Origin: Candidatus Calescibacterium sp.
GTDB lineage: Bacteria > Calescibacteriota > Calescibacteriia > Calescibacteriales > Calescibacteriaceae
Direction: 5' to 3'
Length of the DNA stretch: 64,000 nt
Assembly: GCA_032249135.1 (NCBI GenBank)
Contig: JAVVGL010000002.1
Location: 74,141-138,140, forward strand
Part shown: in pieces, positions 48,041 to 58,238 of the stretch
Layout: every line of letters starts with the position of its first letter
Position numbering within the stretch: the stretch's first letter is position 1
Made by a program: the position numbers and the translations under genes
Notes under the pieces: generated by a model
What the model saw: the letters and a program-made list of their open reading frames with translations, nothing else
Told to the model about the DNA's origin: nothing
Database searches by the model: none

Positions 48041-48097
48041 ATTTTAAGAGTAACAGTCTATTATAAGAATTTGAAATTTAAAATAAAAATTTTGTTT

Positions 48098-49063
48098 TCA
48101 GTTCACAATTTCTCCTTCTGATTTCTTTACTAAATCTTTTATCATTGATGAAAGTATTTGCTGAGGTATATCTGAAAAATATTTTATTACCATTTCAGCT
48201 TTGACTTTATCTCCATCTTTTATTATGTAAAAAGGTATAACAGAATATATAAAAGCTTTTTTTCTCAAAGAGAATATAAGCTCATTTAGTTTTTCCTTTT
48301 TTATAATCACTGAAATTCTGTATTCGTCAATTTTTTTTGTCTTACCAAACTTCTGTAATATATAATTTTCTATCTCTTCTTTTATTTCATCATATGGTGG
48401 AGTTGAGAGGAAGAAAAATGTTTTTGAAAAATCTACTTTTTCCATTTTACCTTTACTTGAAATCTCCCCTTTTATTTTGATAGCAAGATAAGATGGTTGG
48501 ATAAAATCTCCTTTCTTTTCATTTAGCTCACATTTTATATTCGCTGATATCTGAAATCCTTCAAGCGCACTTTTTATTATCGGTTCAATATAAGAACAAT
48601 CAACTGAATATTTTGGTTCTACTGGCTCCCCCGTTGAAATTATCCTCACAAGCTTTTTCATGTTAAAAACCAAAGAAACCACTATTTCTATCCCATCTGG
48701 TTTTTCTGATCTACTATCTATTGAGAATTTTTCAACAAAATCTGATGGATCAATTTTCTTTCTCTTTTTTATCTCATCTTTTTTTCCCTCACTAAATGGA
48801 AGTAGCTCAAAAGCTTTTTCTAACCCAAGCGATGATGCTCTTTGTAATATATCATTGTATGAAGGCGGAGAATCAAAGAGTAAAATCAAGCTGAACTTCT
48901 CTATTTCATCCGGATAATATACCTCTTTTTCGCTGATATTTTCCTCTTTGGTCTTATTTTCAGATTTCAAATCAATATGTAATAAGAATGTAAGAATCGC
49001 AGTTGTGATAGAAATGATAATAATTTTCCTTGTCAGTCCAATAATCATTTTTTTAGATTTCAT
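48098..49063 (-). CDS. Hypothetical exported/membrane-anchored protein
   Basis: 321 aa ORF with N-terminal hydrophobic segment; start overlaps the hflX stop. Confidence 0.65.
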   Translation of the reverse strand: MKSKKMIIGLTRKIIIISITTAILTFLLHIDLKSENKTKEENISEKEVYYPDEIEKFSLILLFDSPPSYNDILQRASSLGLEKAFELLPFSEGKKDEIKKRKKIDPSDFVEKFSIDSRSEKPDGIEIVVSLVFNMKKLVRIISTGEPVEPKYSVDCSYIEPIIKSALEGFQISANIKCELNEKKGDFIQPSYLAIKIKGEISSKGKMEKVDFSKTFFFLSTPPYDEIKEEIENYILQKFGKTKKIDEYRISVIIKKEKLNELIFSLRKKAFIYSVIPFYIIKDGDKVKAEMVIKYFSDIPQQILSSMIKDLVKKSEGEIVN

Positions 49064-50208
49064 ATTGCAGATTTCGGTATCTGCTCTGAATTTTTACTTT
49101 GACTTTGCCCCCGAATTTCTTCTCCTATTTTTATTATTCTCTCTTTAAGTTCTTCAAGACCTATTTTTTTCAAAGCTGAAATAAAAATTGCGTCTTGAAA
49201 TTTCTGTTGAGCTTGAAAGATTCTTTCTTTACTCACCAAGTCTATCTTATTAAAAACTATTATTCTTGGCTTTTGTTCATCTACTGAAATTTCTTGTAAA
49301 ACTGATCTTATTGTTGAGAACTGCTTCTCATAATCTTTACTTATATCAAGAACGAAAATTAGAGCATCTGAGAAAACTATTTCTTCAAGCGTAGATCTAA
49401 AAGCTGAAACGAGCGAGTGCGGAAGATTTCTTATAAATCCAACTGTATCAGATATTAGTATTTTACCATCCTCACCACCAAATCCTTTTAGCGTTCCTAA
49501 TCTTGTTTCAAGCGTTGTAAAGAGTTGATTTTTAATTTGAACATCTTCTCCCGATAAAGCACGGAGTATAGTTGATTTTCCCACATTTGTATATCCTACG
49601 AGAGAAAAAGTCAGGAACCCTTGTTTTTTCCTTCTTTCTCTGTGAATTTTTCTTGTTTTTTTGATTTCTTCAAGCTCTTTTTCTATTGCTCTTATTCTTG
49701 CAAATATATGTCTTCTGAGCTCTTCCGTCTTTGGTTCACCTGGACCTCGTGTTCCGAGCATACCTCCAAGTTGCGACATCTCCTTTCCCATTCCAAAAAG
49801 CTTTGCCAACCTGTATTTCAGTTCTGCAAGTTCTACTTGAAGTTTTCCTTCCCTTGTTGTAGCTCTTTCTGCAAAAATCTTTATTATGATATATTCTCTA
49901 TCAACGACCTCTTTTTTTGTTATTTCTCTTAAATTCACTATCTGATTTGGTTTCAAGATATCATCTATTGCTAATATATCTATGTTGTTTTTTTCTGCTA
50001 TCTCCTTTGCTTTGCCCTTCCCTATAAAAAATCCGGGATCAGGTTTATCTCTTTTCTGTATAATTTCCTCCACTATTTCTCCTCCAAGATTTCTTATTAA
50101 TTCTTTGAATTCTTCAAACGATTCTATTTTTTCAGATCTTGACCTGATTTTTGGGATAATCGTTGCTACACAAAACTTTTTACCTTCATATCTTTCCTCA
50201 ATCTCCAT
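49060..50208 (-). CDS. hflX: GTPase HflX
   Basis: IGKGK, EGKLQVELA, GTRGPGE, VGYTNVGKST, LFTTL, DTVGFI, NKID. Confidence 0.96.
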   Translation of the reverse strand: MEIEERYEGKKFCVATIIPKIRSRSEKIESFEEFKELIRNLGGEIVEEIIQKRDKPDPGFFIGKGKAKEIAEKNNIDILAIDDILKPNQIVNLREITKKEVVDREYIIIKIFAERATTREGKLQVELAELKYRLAKLFGMGKEMSQLGGMLGTRGPGEPKTEELRRHIFARIRAIEKELEEIKKTRKIHRERRKKQGFLTFSLVGYTNVGKSTILRALSGEDVQIKNQLFTTLETRLGTLKGFGGEDGKILISDTVGFIRNLPHSLVSAFRSTLEEIVFSDALIFVLDISKDYEKQFSTIRSVLQEISVDEQKPRIIVFNKIDLVSKERIFQAQQKFQDAIFISALKKIGLEELKERIIKIGEEIRGQSQSKNSEQIPKSAI

Positions 50209-50327
50209 CCAAATATAAAATTATTATTTTTTGTGAAAAATTTTATGCTGCGAACAAATTTATCTCTGTAATAACGAAAAGTCAAAATTTTGGTTAAATT
50301 TAAAATAATAAGTAGTATAAGTAAAAC

Positions 50328-53006
50328 ATGATTATTGGTACCTATATAACAAGAAAAAAACTTATCTCTCACTTAATTTTTTTGCTCATATTTATCGTTG
50401 TATTTTTCGGAATGGTTTTGAATTCAGGTTGTTCCAATAAAAAGGATGGGAAAGGGAACAATAGAGGGAACGGAGGAGATAGTTCTCAGTGTAGCTCCAA
50501 AGTTTCCTTTTTTCCTGAAAAAGTATCCGGTGAATCTCCTCTCTCTGTTACGATTGAGGCAAAATTTGAGGGGCAAAACTCAAAGGGGATAACCTATATT
50601 GCAATTGACTTCGGAGCGGATGAATCTGATGATATTGATATCAAAGATTTTCAGGAAAGCGGAACTAATTATTTCTCATATGACCTGGTTTACTCATCCG
50701 TTGGAACTTTCAGAGATACTTTCAAATTCTGGTGGAGTGAAGGTAATAGAATTTGTTCAAAGAGTTTCACAATAGAAGCATCTGTTATTTTTTACTGTCC
50801 AACTCCCCAATTTGAAATTTTCTCTTTGGAGTCAGTGGGTAAGGGTGTTAGTATTACTTTTCGTGTTTTAAATTTACCGTTAGAGAAAGTTGATTTCTTT
50901 TTAGGGTATGAAAACTTACAAAAAGTTCAATGTACCAGAAATCCAATTTTACAGAATGCATGTAGTGTTTTTGTTCCACTTCCGGGATATGGTGATTGGT
51001 CTATATGTTTTTATGCTCAGTCTTGGTGTGGCAAATCTTCACAACTTACATGCAGATCGGTTTTGGCTTCGTATGAGCTATCACCCCCTCTTATGTCATA
51101 CTACATAAAAGATACTCGGCGTTCTTATTTATATGGAGCAACAGTTGCTTTTGAATCTGAACCTTTTATATCTTTGCTATCTTATGATGGAGAGCTTGCA
51201 GTAAAGAAAAGATTTCTTATGGGTGATAATATACTTTACTCTGATATTGATGGTGATGGAGTTTGGGCACTAATTCAGAGCGGAGCAAACTTTATAGTAA
51301 AATTTACATCTTTTTCAGGTGTAGAGAAAACAGTTATATCTGAACCGAACCTTTATGGTTCAGTAGCTTTTGATGTCTTTTCTGTCGGAGGGAAAAAATA
51401 TTTAGCTATCGCAAGAAGCTTTGCAGGAGGAGCTCCCGGAGATATTTTGGTCTATGATGTCACATCTTATGAAGCTCATAATCCCATATGCCAAAAGTCA
51501 ATTAGCTCTGGAGCAAGTACAATAAAATTTATAAATGGCTATCTTTTTATCAGATATCCACAAAGTATTCTTGCGACCAAAATAAATTTTTCCTCTGATA
51601 TATGTGATTTTCCTCCCAATCAACCTCCAGAATTTCAACCAGGAGGTGGAACATTTTTAAATTTCCTTGATTTTGAATGGGATAACCAAAGCACCTATGC
51701 GGTTGGAGTCTGGTCTTCGTTTGAATTCAATTACAAAAACAAAGTAAGCATATTCAAATTCTATTTTGGACCGGAAAGATTCTCAAATGTATCAGCATTT
51801 GATGTTTTTCCCGGGAAAAAAATTCAGGTATTAGCTTTAAAAGTTTCACCACAAGCTATTTCCCGAGTTGCAATAGGTTATAGGAATGAAGATGACGGCA
51901 GATACTATATTAAGCTCTATGACATATTTGAGGGAAAATCTATTGGTTCTGTTGAGGGATTTGAGATAGTTTTTGAACCAAAATCAATTGTGTTTTTGGA
52001 TAAAGATAGAGTTTTAGTTTTTGGAGCTAAACTCGCTTCTTTAATTGATTTCTCCTCAAACCAGAAAAAAATAGCAAGGATATCAGGGATTTCCCAAGAT
52101 GCAAAACCAGTTTTCAATAAACTAAGCTGTGAAACTTCTGAATTTTCAATGCTTCTGCCAGATGGCGGAAGCGTAGCTGAGCTTGATATTTCTCCGATAG
52201 TCAAGGGAAGCGGAGCGGTGCGCCCAGTAAATTTCTTTTCAGGTGTGCCAGTTCTTCTAACGCAAGACCAAGATAGGAAATCTTATGCTTTATTCCAAGC
52301 AAGTTCCTCCTTTTATCTTTCAGACCTCACTCGCTCTTTCCATATAAGCTTTGAGGGAAGTGATCCCCGAGCTCTTGCCGTTGGCTATAACTTCTTTCTT
52401 ATAGGAGGAGGCGGGCTTTGGCTCTCAAAAAGAAATTGGAGTAGCTTTTTGGAGTATTCCAAAATTCCGGCAAAGAAAATAATTTATCATCCCTCCGGAA
52501 GATATTTTTTTGTTTTTTCAGGTTCGGGAATAAATGTTCTGAAAGAAAGTTCCGATAGTCTTGAAAATCTTGGATTCTTTCAGGTTGATTGCCAAGATAT
52601 TGCTTTTTCTCTTTCTGATGCAGATATAAAAATGTATTGTTTGAGGTCCTTTGGTATTATTGAATATAGGTTTGATGGGACAAGTTTTATCAAGCAAAGG
52701 GAAAGAGCTTTCTTTTTATCGGTAGGTAATATAATAGATTCTCAATTTTCAAACGGACACATATTTTTTGTTTCTGACTTGGTTATTTCTCATTTTGCAG
52801 GAATTATAAACGCAGAAAACTTAAAAGTTGTTTTACTATATCCTTTGGGTGAAGATGCAAAAGCATTTGGAATATCTTCTTTTAAGCACTGCTCCGCTGA
52901 TGCGTTTTTCTTTTTTGTTTTTGGAGAAATGCCAGTAAAAAATCCAGAAACAGGCTTTGAAGTAAGAAGAGATTTTCTGCGTGGATTTAAAGTTTTGTAT
53001 TTTTAA
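50328..53006 (+). CDS. Large beta-rich surface lipoprotein (Ig/PKD-like N-terminal region, probable beta-propeller)
   Basis: Lipobox LNSGC, Gly/Asn linker, GESPLSVT..IDFG PKD-like motif, many short beta-strand segments and Cys residues. Confidence 0.65.
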   Translation: MIIGTYITRKKLISHLIFLLIFIVVFFGMVLNSGCSNKKDGKGNNRGNGGDSSQCSSKVSFFPEKVSGESPLSVTIEAKFEGQNSKGITYIAIDFGADESDDIDIKDFQESGTNYFSYDLVYSSVGTFRDTFKFWWSEGNRICSKSFTIEASVIFYCPTPQFEIFSLESVGKGVSITFRVLNLPLEKVDFFLGYENLQKVQCTRNPILQNACSVFVPLPGYGDWSICFYAQSWCGKSSQLTCRSVLASYELSPPLMSYYIKDTRRSYLYGATVAFESEPFISLLSYDGELAVKKRFLMGDNILYSDIDGDGVWALIQSGANFIVKFTSFSGVEKTVISEPNLYGSVAFDVFSVGGKKYLAIARSFAGGAPGDILVYDVTSYEAHNPICQKSISSGASTIKFINGYLFIRYPQSILATKINFSSDICDFPPNQPPEFQPGGGTFLNFLDFEWDNQSTYAVGVWSSFEFNYKNKVSIFKFYFGPERFSNVSAFDVFPGKKIQVLALKVSPQAISRVAIGYRNEDDGRYYIKLYDIFEGKSIGSVEGFEIVFEPKSIVFLDKDRVLVFGAKLASLIDFSSNQKKIARISGISQDAKPVFNKLSCETSEFSMLLPDGGSVAELDISPIVKGSGAVRPVNFFSGVPVLLTQDQDRKSYALFQASSSFYLSDLTRSFHISFEGSDPRALAVGYNFFLIGGGGLWLSKRNWSSFLEYSKIPAKKIIYHPSGRYFFVFSGSGINVLKESSDSLENLGFFQVDCQDIAFSLSDADIKMYCLRSFGIIEYRFDGTSFIKQRERAFFLSVGNIIDSQFSNGHIFFVSDLVISHFAGIINAENLKVVLLYPLGEDAKAFGISSFKHCSADAFFFFVFGEMPVKNPETGFEVRRDFLRGFKVLYF

Positions 53007-53060
53007 AGTTTTATATTGAAAACTTGATTTATGCTGAAATTGTTTATATTTTTTTTCATT

Positions 53061-54467
53061 TTACATATATATTTTGAAGTTTGTTCCTATTCTTATTCTG
53101 CTCCAAGAAAAATCAGGTGAGTTTGAAAAGTTTCCTTCAAGGTAAGTCTTTACTATTTCCCACAAAAAGAAATCTTTTTGCAGGTATAATGCAGGGGATA
53201 TAAACCATATTATATTGTTTTTTCTTCCGGAGAAATCTTTAGGGAAAAGCATTATTGATGAAAAGCCTGCCATTGAAATTCCAATCTCCTTTACCCGAAA
53301 ACTTATTTCTGTATAGGGTGATATAAAAGTTTCAGAGAATCTTTCATCTTTTGCGAATCTTTTTCCCAAATTTATGTATCCGAATATGCTAAAAGTATAA
53401 ATTCTAAATTTTTGTGTGTATCTTGCAGCTGAATCTAAAAATGTTATTATTCCTTGTCTTCCCTCTATTTTGTTTTTTGTTTCTAATTCAAAATTAGCTC
53501 CTATTACGAGAAAGTTTGTGATAGAAAAATAAGGAGATAATCTGTGAGATAATGAGAAAACTTCAAGGTCATTTATTGCCGTAATGAATGAATATTTTGT
53601 TCCAAACTTTCCTATTTCAATTCCAGCTGATGAGCTCTGATAAAAGAACATCGGGGTTCTTGTATTAAGCTCAAGATTTTCTGTCATAGAGTAAAATTCT
53701 CCTCCTCCTTTTATCTCAAAAAAGGGATTATACTCTTTGCTTTTTAGGAATTCAAATCTTGCGTTCCCCAGAATATTTGACACTATATCCCATCTTTTTT
53801 GCATATCTTGACCTTCAAACACTATCGGATACCCTTTTGTTGAGAAAGAAGAATTTAGGTCTATTCCCCCTTTGAAATGCATTTCTGCTGCTTGCTCATT
53901 TATTAGATTTTTGAGTTTTTTGACTTTTATCTTATCTATATCTTCCTCATCTTCTGGAATGTTATATATTTCTGATTTAGCTTTTTCTTTTTGTCCTTCA
54001 AGGAGATATATATTGGCTAAGATGAAAGATATTGATGGTTTTACCGTTTCTGATTTATTTTTGAGTTCTTCCAAAATATTTTTTGATTTTTCTAATTGAC
54101 CTTTCTCAAATAGGATTTTCGCTTTCTCAAATGCAATCCTATCCTTGAACTTTCCATCAATTGGAGGCAACGCTTCAAATTCCTTTTCAAGTATTGACTC
54201 GTTTTTTTCCTTCTGAGCAAGTATTATTGATATTATTGGGCTATCCTTCGCTTCATCTTCATATTCTTTTATTAGATTATAAGCTTTTTCTTTTTCCCCT
54301 TTCTCAAAATATAAAATAGCCTTTGAAATAGAGTTCAACTTATCCCCATTACTACTCTCATATTGGAACAAAATAATAAGCGCACTAAAAATGAATATTT
54401 CCAGAATTTTATATGATATTCTGATCGCTTTGACTAATTCTATCATAGCTGATATTTCTGCCTTCAC
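53061..54467 (-). CDS. TPR-domain protein with probable C-terminal outer-membrane beta-barrel
   Basis: Signal-like segment, TPR-like helices (KAKILFEKGQLEKSK, LANIYLLEGQKEKAK), alternating beta-strand pattern ending RIRIGTNFKIYM. Confidence 0.6.
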   Translation of the reverse strand: MKAEISAMIELVKAIRISYKILEIFIFSALIILFQYESSNGDKLNSISKAILYFEKGEKEKAYNLIKEYEDEAKDSPIISIILAQKEKNESILEKEFEALPPIDGKFKDRIAFEKAKILFEKGQLEKSKNILEELKNKSETVKPSISFILANIYLLEGQKEKAKSEIYNIPEDEEDIDKIKVKKLKNLINEQAAEMHFKGGIDLNSSFSTKGYPIVFEGQDMQKRWDIVSNILGNARFEFLKSKEYNPFFEIKGGGEFYSMTENLELNTRTPMFFYQSSSAGIEIGKFGTKYSFITAINDLEVFSLSHRLSPYFSITNFLVIGANFELETKNKIEGRQGIITFLDSAARYTQKFRIYTFSIFGYINLGKRFAKDERFSETFISPYTEISFRVKEIGISMAGFSSIMLFPKDFSGRKNNIIWFISPALYLQKDFFLWEIVKTYLEGNFSNSPDFSWSRIRIGTNFKIYM

Positions 54468-54534
54468 CGTTACTTTTTTATTCTATCCACAATTATATTT
54501 TTTTGTCAAAATTTTTAAGATTTATTTTATTGAG

Positions 54535-55392
54535 ATGTTTAGAGCAAGAAAATACTTTTTAGTTTTATCTTCGCGAGCAATTATTCTTTCTTCTGTTTTT
54601 GTTCTCTTAATCCTATTTTTTTTCTCTATGAGATCTTATGGAAATACTTTTATCTTCCTTGATAGCAATTATGACGGTCGTGATTGTGTCATACCTGGGG
54701 GTATAGTTTTTTCTTTCAAGGAAATATCTGATTTGTATTTTGATTTTGACGGAAAAAAAATATTTTTCTATCCCGTACCCCTCACTGCTTCTTATGAGTG
54801 GAATGGAGTAAAAGTTTGCGATTATGAATTTCCTGTTGAAAAAATTACTTTTAAGAAAAGAACGAGAAGGAAAGGAGAGACAGAGGAAGATTTAGTTTCA
54901 AGAATAAAAAATGAAAAAATGTTCCTATCACAAATTTACAACCGTGTATCCCAAAGGATGTGGGATGGAGATTTTATCTTGCCTGTGAAAAACTATAAAA
55001 GCATAAAATGGAATTTTGGAAGTAAAAGGGAAATAAACGGACACTTGGCCGGTCAGCATAAAGGCATAGATATATCTGCGCCTAGAGGGACACCAGTTTT
55101 TGCATCAAATTCAGGAATTGTTGCTGTTGCGAGAAGATTTACTCTGGAGGGGAACCTTGTAGTAATAGACCATGGTACAGGAATATTTTCAATATATGCT
55201 CACCTATCAAGAATTCATGTTAGAGAAGGTGATTTTGTGAGGAAAGGGCAAATCATAGGGAGAGTAGGTTCAACGGGAAGAAGCACCGCTCCGCATCTCC
55301 ATTTCGGTATAAAAGTCAAGGAAACAGATGTGAATCCAGAAATCTTTATGAAAATAAGCAAAGTTCTAAAATTTCCTGTTTTTCTTGATTAA
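54535..55392 (+). CDS. M23-family metallopeptidase
   Basis: HKGID, GNLVVIDHG, YAHLS, GSTGRSTAPHLHF; start set at MFRARK (54535) to avoid overlap with the divergent gene. Confidence 0.92.
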   Translation: MFRARKYFLVLSSRAIILSSVFVLLILFFFSMRSYGNTFIFLDSNYDGRDCVIPGGIVFSFKEISDLYFDFDGKKIFFYPVPLTASYEWNGVKVCDYEFPVEKITFKKRTRRKGETEEDLVSRIKNEKMFLSQIYNRVSQRMWDGDFILPVKNYKSIKWNFGSKREINGHLAGQHKGIDISAPRGTPVFASNSGIVAVARRFTLEGNLVVIDHGTGIFSIYAHLSRIHVREGDFVRKGQIIGRVGSTGRSTAPHLHFGIKVKETDVNPEIFMKISKVLKFPVFLD

Positions 55393-55441
55393 TTTTTTTG
55401 TATTTTTATTTTTTTTATTCTTTTTTTGTTGAGGTTTCGCC

Positions 55442-56203
55442 ATGACGGAGTTTGAAAGAAAGATGAAGAAAAAACTAGAAGAGATGAGAGCATATGTTAG
55501 ATCCAGGCTCCACTACACCCCAAATATACCACAAGAGGAGCGAGCAGATATAATAGACCTCACATCCGCTGAAAAAATAAGAGACATTGAGAGAATAATA
55601 ACTTCAATTGATACCGATGTTCTCAAACTTATAGAGAGAGCACTTGATAAAATTAATAGTGGAACATATGGCTATTGTGAGAACTGTGGAGTTAGAATAG
55701 ATAAAGAGAGATTAGAGGAAGTTCCTTATGTAAGATATTGTATAGATTGCCAGGAAAGAATAGAACTTGGGGAGAGGGTCTCAAGAGTTGGCGAAGAAGA
55801 AATATCACATCCTCCCATCAAGTTTACATTTGAAGATACATCCATTGAAATTGAGCCAGAAGAATCAGAAGAGGAAACACTCAAGGTAAAAGAAGAAGAA
55901 GGAGAAGAAGAAGAGGGGGAAACCTCTCTGGAAGAGGAAATATTGGAGGAAGAAATAGGAGAAGAAAGGCTGAAAGAAGCAGAAAATTTAGATAAAGAGA
56001 TAGAAGAGGAAATAGAGGAAGAACTTGAAGAGGAATTAAGGGAAGAACAATACATAGAAGAACCACCAGAAGAGGAAGAAGAAGAACCTAAAGAAAAGAG
56101 AAAAAAGGAAACAAGAAAAACGAAGATAGCAAGCAAAAGGAAAAAGTCAAAACTTGCAAAACCAAAAACCCAAAAAGAGAAAAAGAAGAAGGGGAAAAAA
56201 TAA
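55442..56203 (+). CDS. dksA: DksA/TraR C4 zinc-finger transcription factor with long acidic-then-basic tail
   Basis: DIID coiled-coil tip, GTYGYCENCG...RL..VP....CIDCQ; SD GAGGT. Confidence 0.85.
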   Translation: MTEFERKMKKKLEEMRAYVRSRLHYTPNIPQEERADIIDLTSAEKIRDIERIITSIDTDVLKLIERALDKINSGTYGYCENCGVRIDKERLEEVPYVRYCIDCQERIELGERVSRVGEEEISHPPIKFTFEDTSIEIEPEESEEETLKVKEEEGEEEEGETSLEEEILEEEIGEERLKEAENLDKEIEEEIEEELEEELREEQYIEEPPEEEEEEPKEKRKKETRKTKIASKRKKSKLAKPKTQKEKKKKGKK

Positions 56204-56315
56204 GTAAAAAAGAGAAAAAGAAGAAGGGAAAAAAGAAGTAAAAGATTGAAAAATCAGAAAAAAATCGCAGAGAAAGAGAACTTTAAGAAAAGTCAGTACA
56301 AAGAAAAAAGTAAGA

Positions 56316-57179
56316 CTAAATGATTTTTGATATTAAAACTCCAAGTTCCCAAAGTATTATGAGTGGAATTGCAAGCAGGATTTGAGTGAGCGCGTCGGGT
56401 GTTGGAGTTACAATAGCGGATACGACAAAAGCTAAAACTATAATATAAGGTCTTGCTCTTGATACAGTATTTATATCTAAAATCCCAGTTTTCACCAGTG
56501 CTAAAACAACCAAAGGAGTTTGAAATGCAAAACCAAATAATAACGAAAATTTCAAAGCAAAAGATAGAAATTCAGATATACTTATTAGAGCCTTTATTTT
56601 CTCAGATGAGAAAGTATTTATAAGGAATTTCAATGATGCGGGTAAAACAAGGAAAAAACAAAAAGAAGAACCTAATATAAAAAGCAAAGATGAGCTCAAT
56701 ATTATGAACTTTGCTATCTTCCTTTCCCTGGGATACAGAGCAGGGGAAACAAAAAGCCACATCTGCCATATAAGTAGAGGAATGCTCACTATAGCAGATA
56801 CATAAGCAGAAATTTTCACATGTACCCAAAATGATTCAAAAGGTTTTGTAAAAATAAACTCCGAAATTATATCTTTGAATTGCCCTAAAAATATATCCAT
56901 TATTTTCTTTGAGAACGGAATTGTACCCAAAAACACTATTATAAATGCTACTACAGGAACTATTATTCTCCTCCTTAACTCTTCAAGCTGCTCTATTATT
57001 ACCTCCTTCGTTATTTCAACCTCTTCTGACGATGATGAATCACCTTTCACATCCTGAGTAACTTTATTTCCTCCTTTCTCTTCACTTTCTACTTCTTTTA
57101 AATCCTTCTTCAAATCCGTTTTCTCTTTATCCCATCCTGTTTTTTCTTCCTTGTTATTACTTTTCTCTTTTTCAATCAT
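56316..57179 (-). CDS. tatC: Twin-arginine translocase subunit TatC
   Basis: LEELRRRI, QMWLFVSPALYPRE, FGFAFQTP, AIVTPTPDALTQ. Confidence 0.93.
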   Translation of the reverse strand: MIEKEKSNNKEEKTGWDKEKTDLKKDLKEVESEEKGGNKVTQDVKGDSSSSEEVEITKEVIIEQLEELRRRIIVPVVAFIIVFLGTIPFSKKIMDIFLGQFKDIISEFIFTKPFESFWVHVKISAYVSAIVSIPLLIWQMWLFVSPALYPRERKIAKFIILSSSLLFILGSSFCFFLVLPASLKFLINTFSSEKIKALISISEFLSFALKFSLLFGFAFQTPLVVLALVKTGILDINTVSRARPYIIVLAFVVSAIVTPTPDALTQILLAIPLIILWELGVLISKII

Positions 57180-57230
57180 AGATTATTTATTTTCAATCAT
57201 AGATTATTTACAGAAACCTATTAGAGAAAA

Positions 57231-58226
57231 TTATCCGAATATTGCTTTTTTTACCTCTTCCAAAGTAGCTTGTGCGACCTCTTTGGCTTTTTTCCTTCCC
57301 TCCCTGAGAACATCTATAACAGAATCGTCGCTTTTCTCTAATTCTCTTCTTTTTGATTGAAAATTTTCTATTTCAGGAAGCATATTCTTCAAAAGAACTT
57401 TCTTACAATCAATACAACCTATACTTGCTGTTCTACATCCAGATTCAACATATTCCCTATCATTCTTTGGTGAAAAAACTTTGTGAAGCGTGTAGAGGGG
57501 ACATCTTTCCGGCTCTCCTGGGTCTTTTCTTGTTTTTCTCGCTGTATCTGTCATATATGTCATTATCTTCTCTGTTATTCTGTTTATATCCTCCGTCAAA
57601 AATATTGCGTTATTGTATGATTTTGACATTTTTCTCCCATCTGATCCTAAAATTTTTGGAGATTCAGATAATACGGGCTCGGGCAATGGAAAGATATTCC
57701 CGAAAATTCTGTTAAATTTTTCAGCTATATCCCGGGCTATTTCTATATGTGGAATTTGGTCCTTCCCCACTGGGACCTTTTCCGCCTTGTACAAAAGTAT
57801 ATCGGCAGCTTGTAAAACAGGATACGAGAAAAAACCTAAATTCAAAAGCTTTTCTCTATTTCCAAATTCTTCAAGAGCTTCTTTGTAAGTCGGATTTCTT
57901 TCAAGTAATCCCATAGGAGTTATCATACCCAAGATTGTGAAGAGTTCTGCATGCTCCGGAACATCAGATTGCAAAAATATTACTGATTTTTCAGGTGATA
58001 TTCCGGCTGCGAGCCAATCTTTCACCATCTCCAACGAGTTCTTCCTTATTGACTTTGAATCTACCCAGTCTGTTGTGAGCGCATGAAGGTCTGCAACAAG
58101 AAAAAAACAATTATTACCTCCTTCTTGAAAACTCAACCACTCCTCAATTACAGATTTGAGATGCCCAACATGCAAAGCTCCTGTCGGGCGCATCCCAGAT
58201 AAAACTCTATACTTTTTCCCCACCAT
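57231..58226 (-). CDS. trpS: Tryptophan--tRNA ligase
   Basis: SGMRPTGALHVGH, YPVLQAADIL, VPVGKDQ, KMSKS. Confidence 0.96.
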   Translation of the reverse strand: MVGKKYRVLSGMRPTGALHVGHLKSVIEEWLSFQEGGNNCFFLVADLHALTTDWVDSKSIRKNSLEMVKDWLAAGISPEKSVIFLQSDVPEHAELFTILGMITPMGLLERNPTYKEALEEFGNREKLLNLGFFSYPVLQAADILLYKAEKVPVGKDQIPHIEIARDIAEKFNRIFGNIFPLPEPVLSESPKILGSDGRKMSKSYNNAIFLTEDINRITEKIMTYMTDTARKTRKDPGEPERCPLYTLHKVFSPKNDREYVESGCRTASIGCIDCKKVLLKNMLPEIENFQSKRRELEKSDDSVIDVLREGRKKAKEVAQATLEEVKKAIFG

Positions 58227-58238
58227 AGGAAAGAATTT

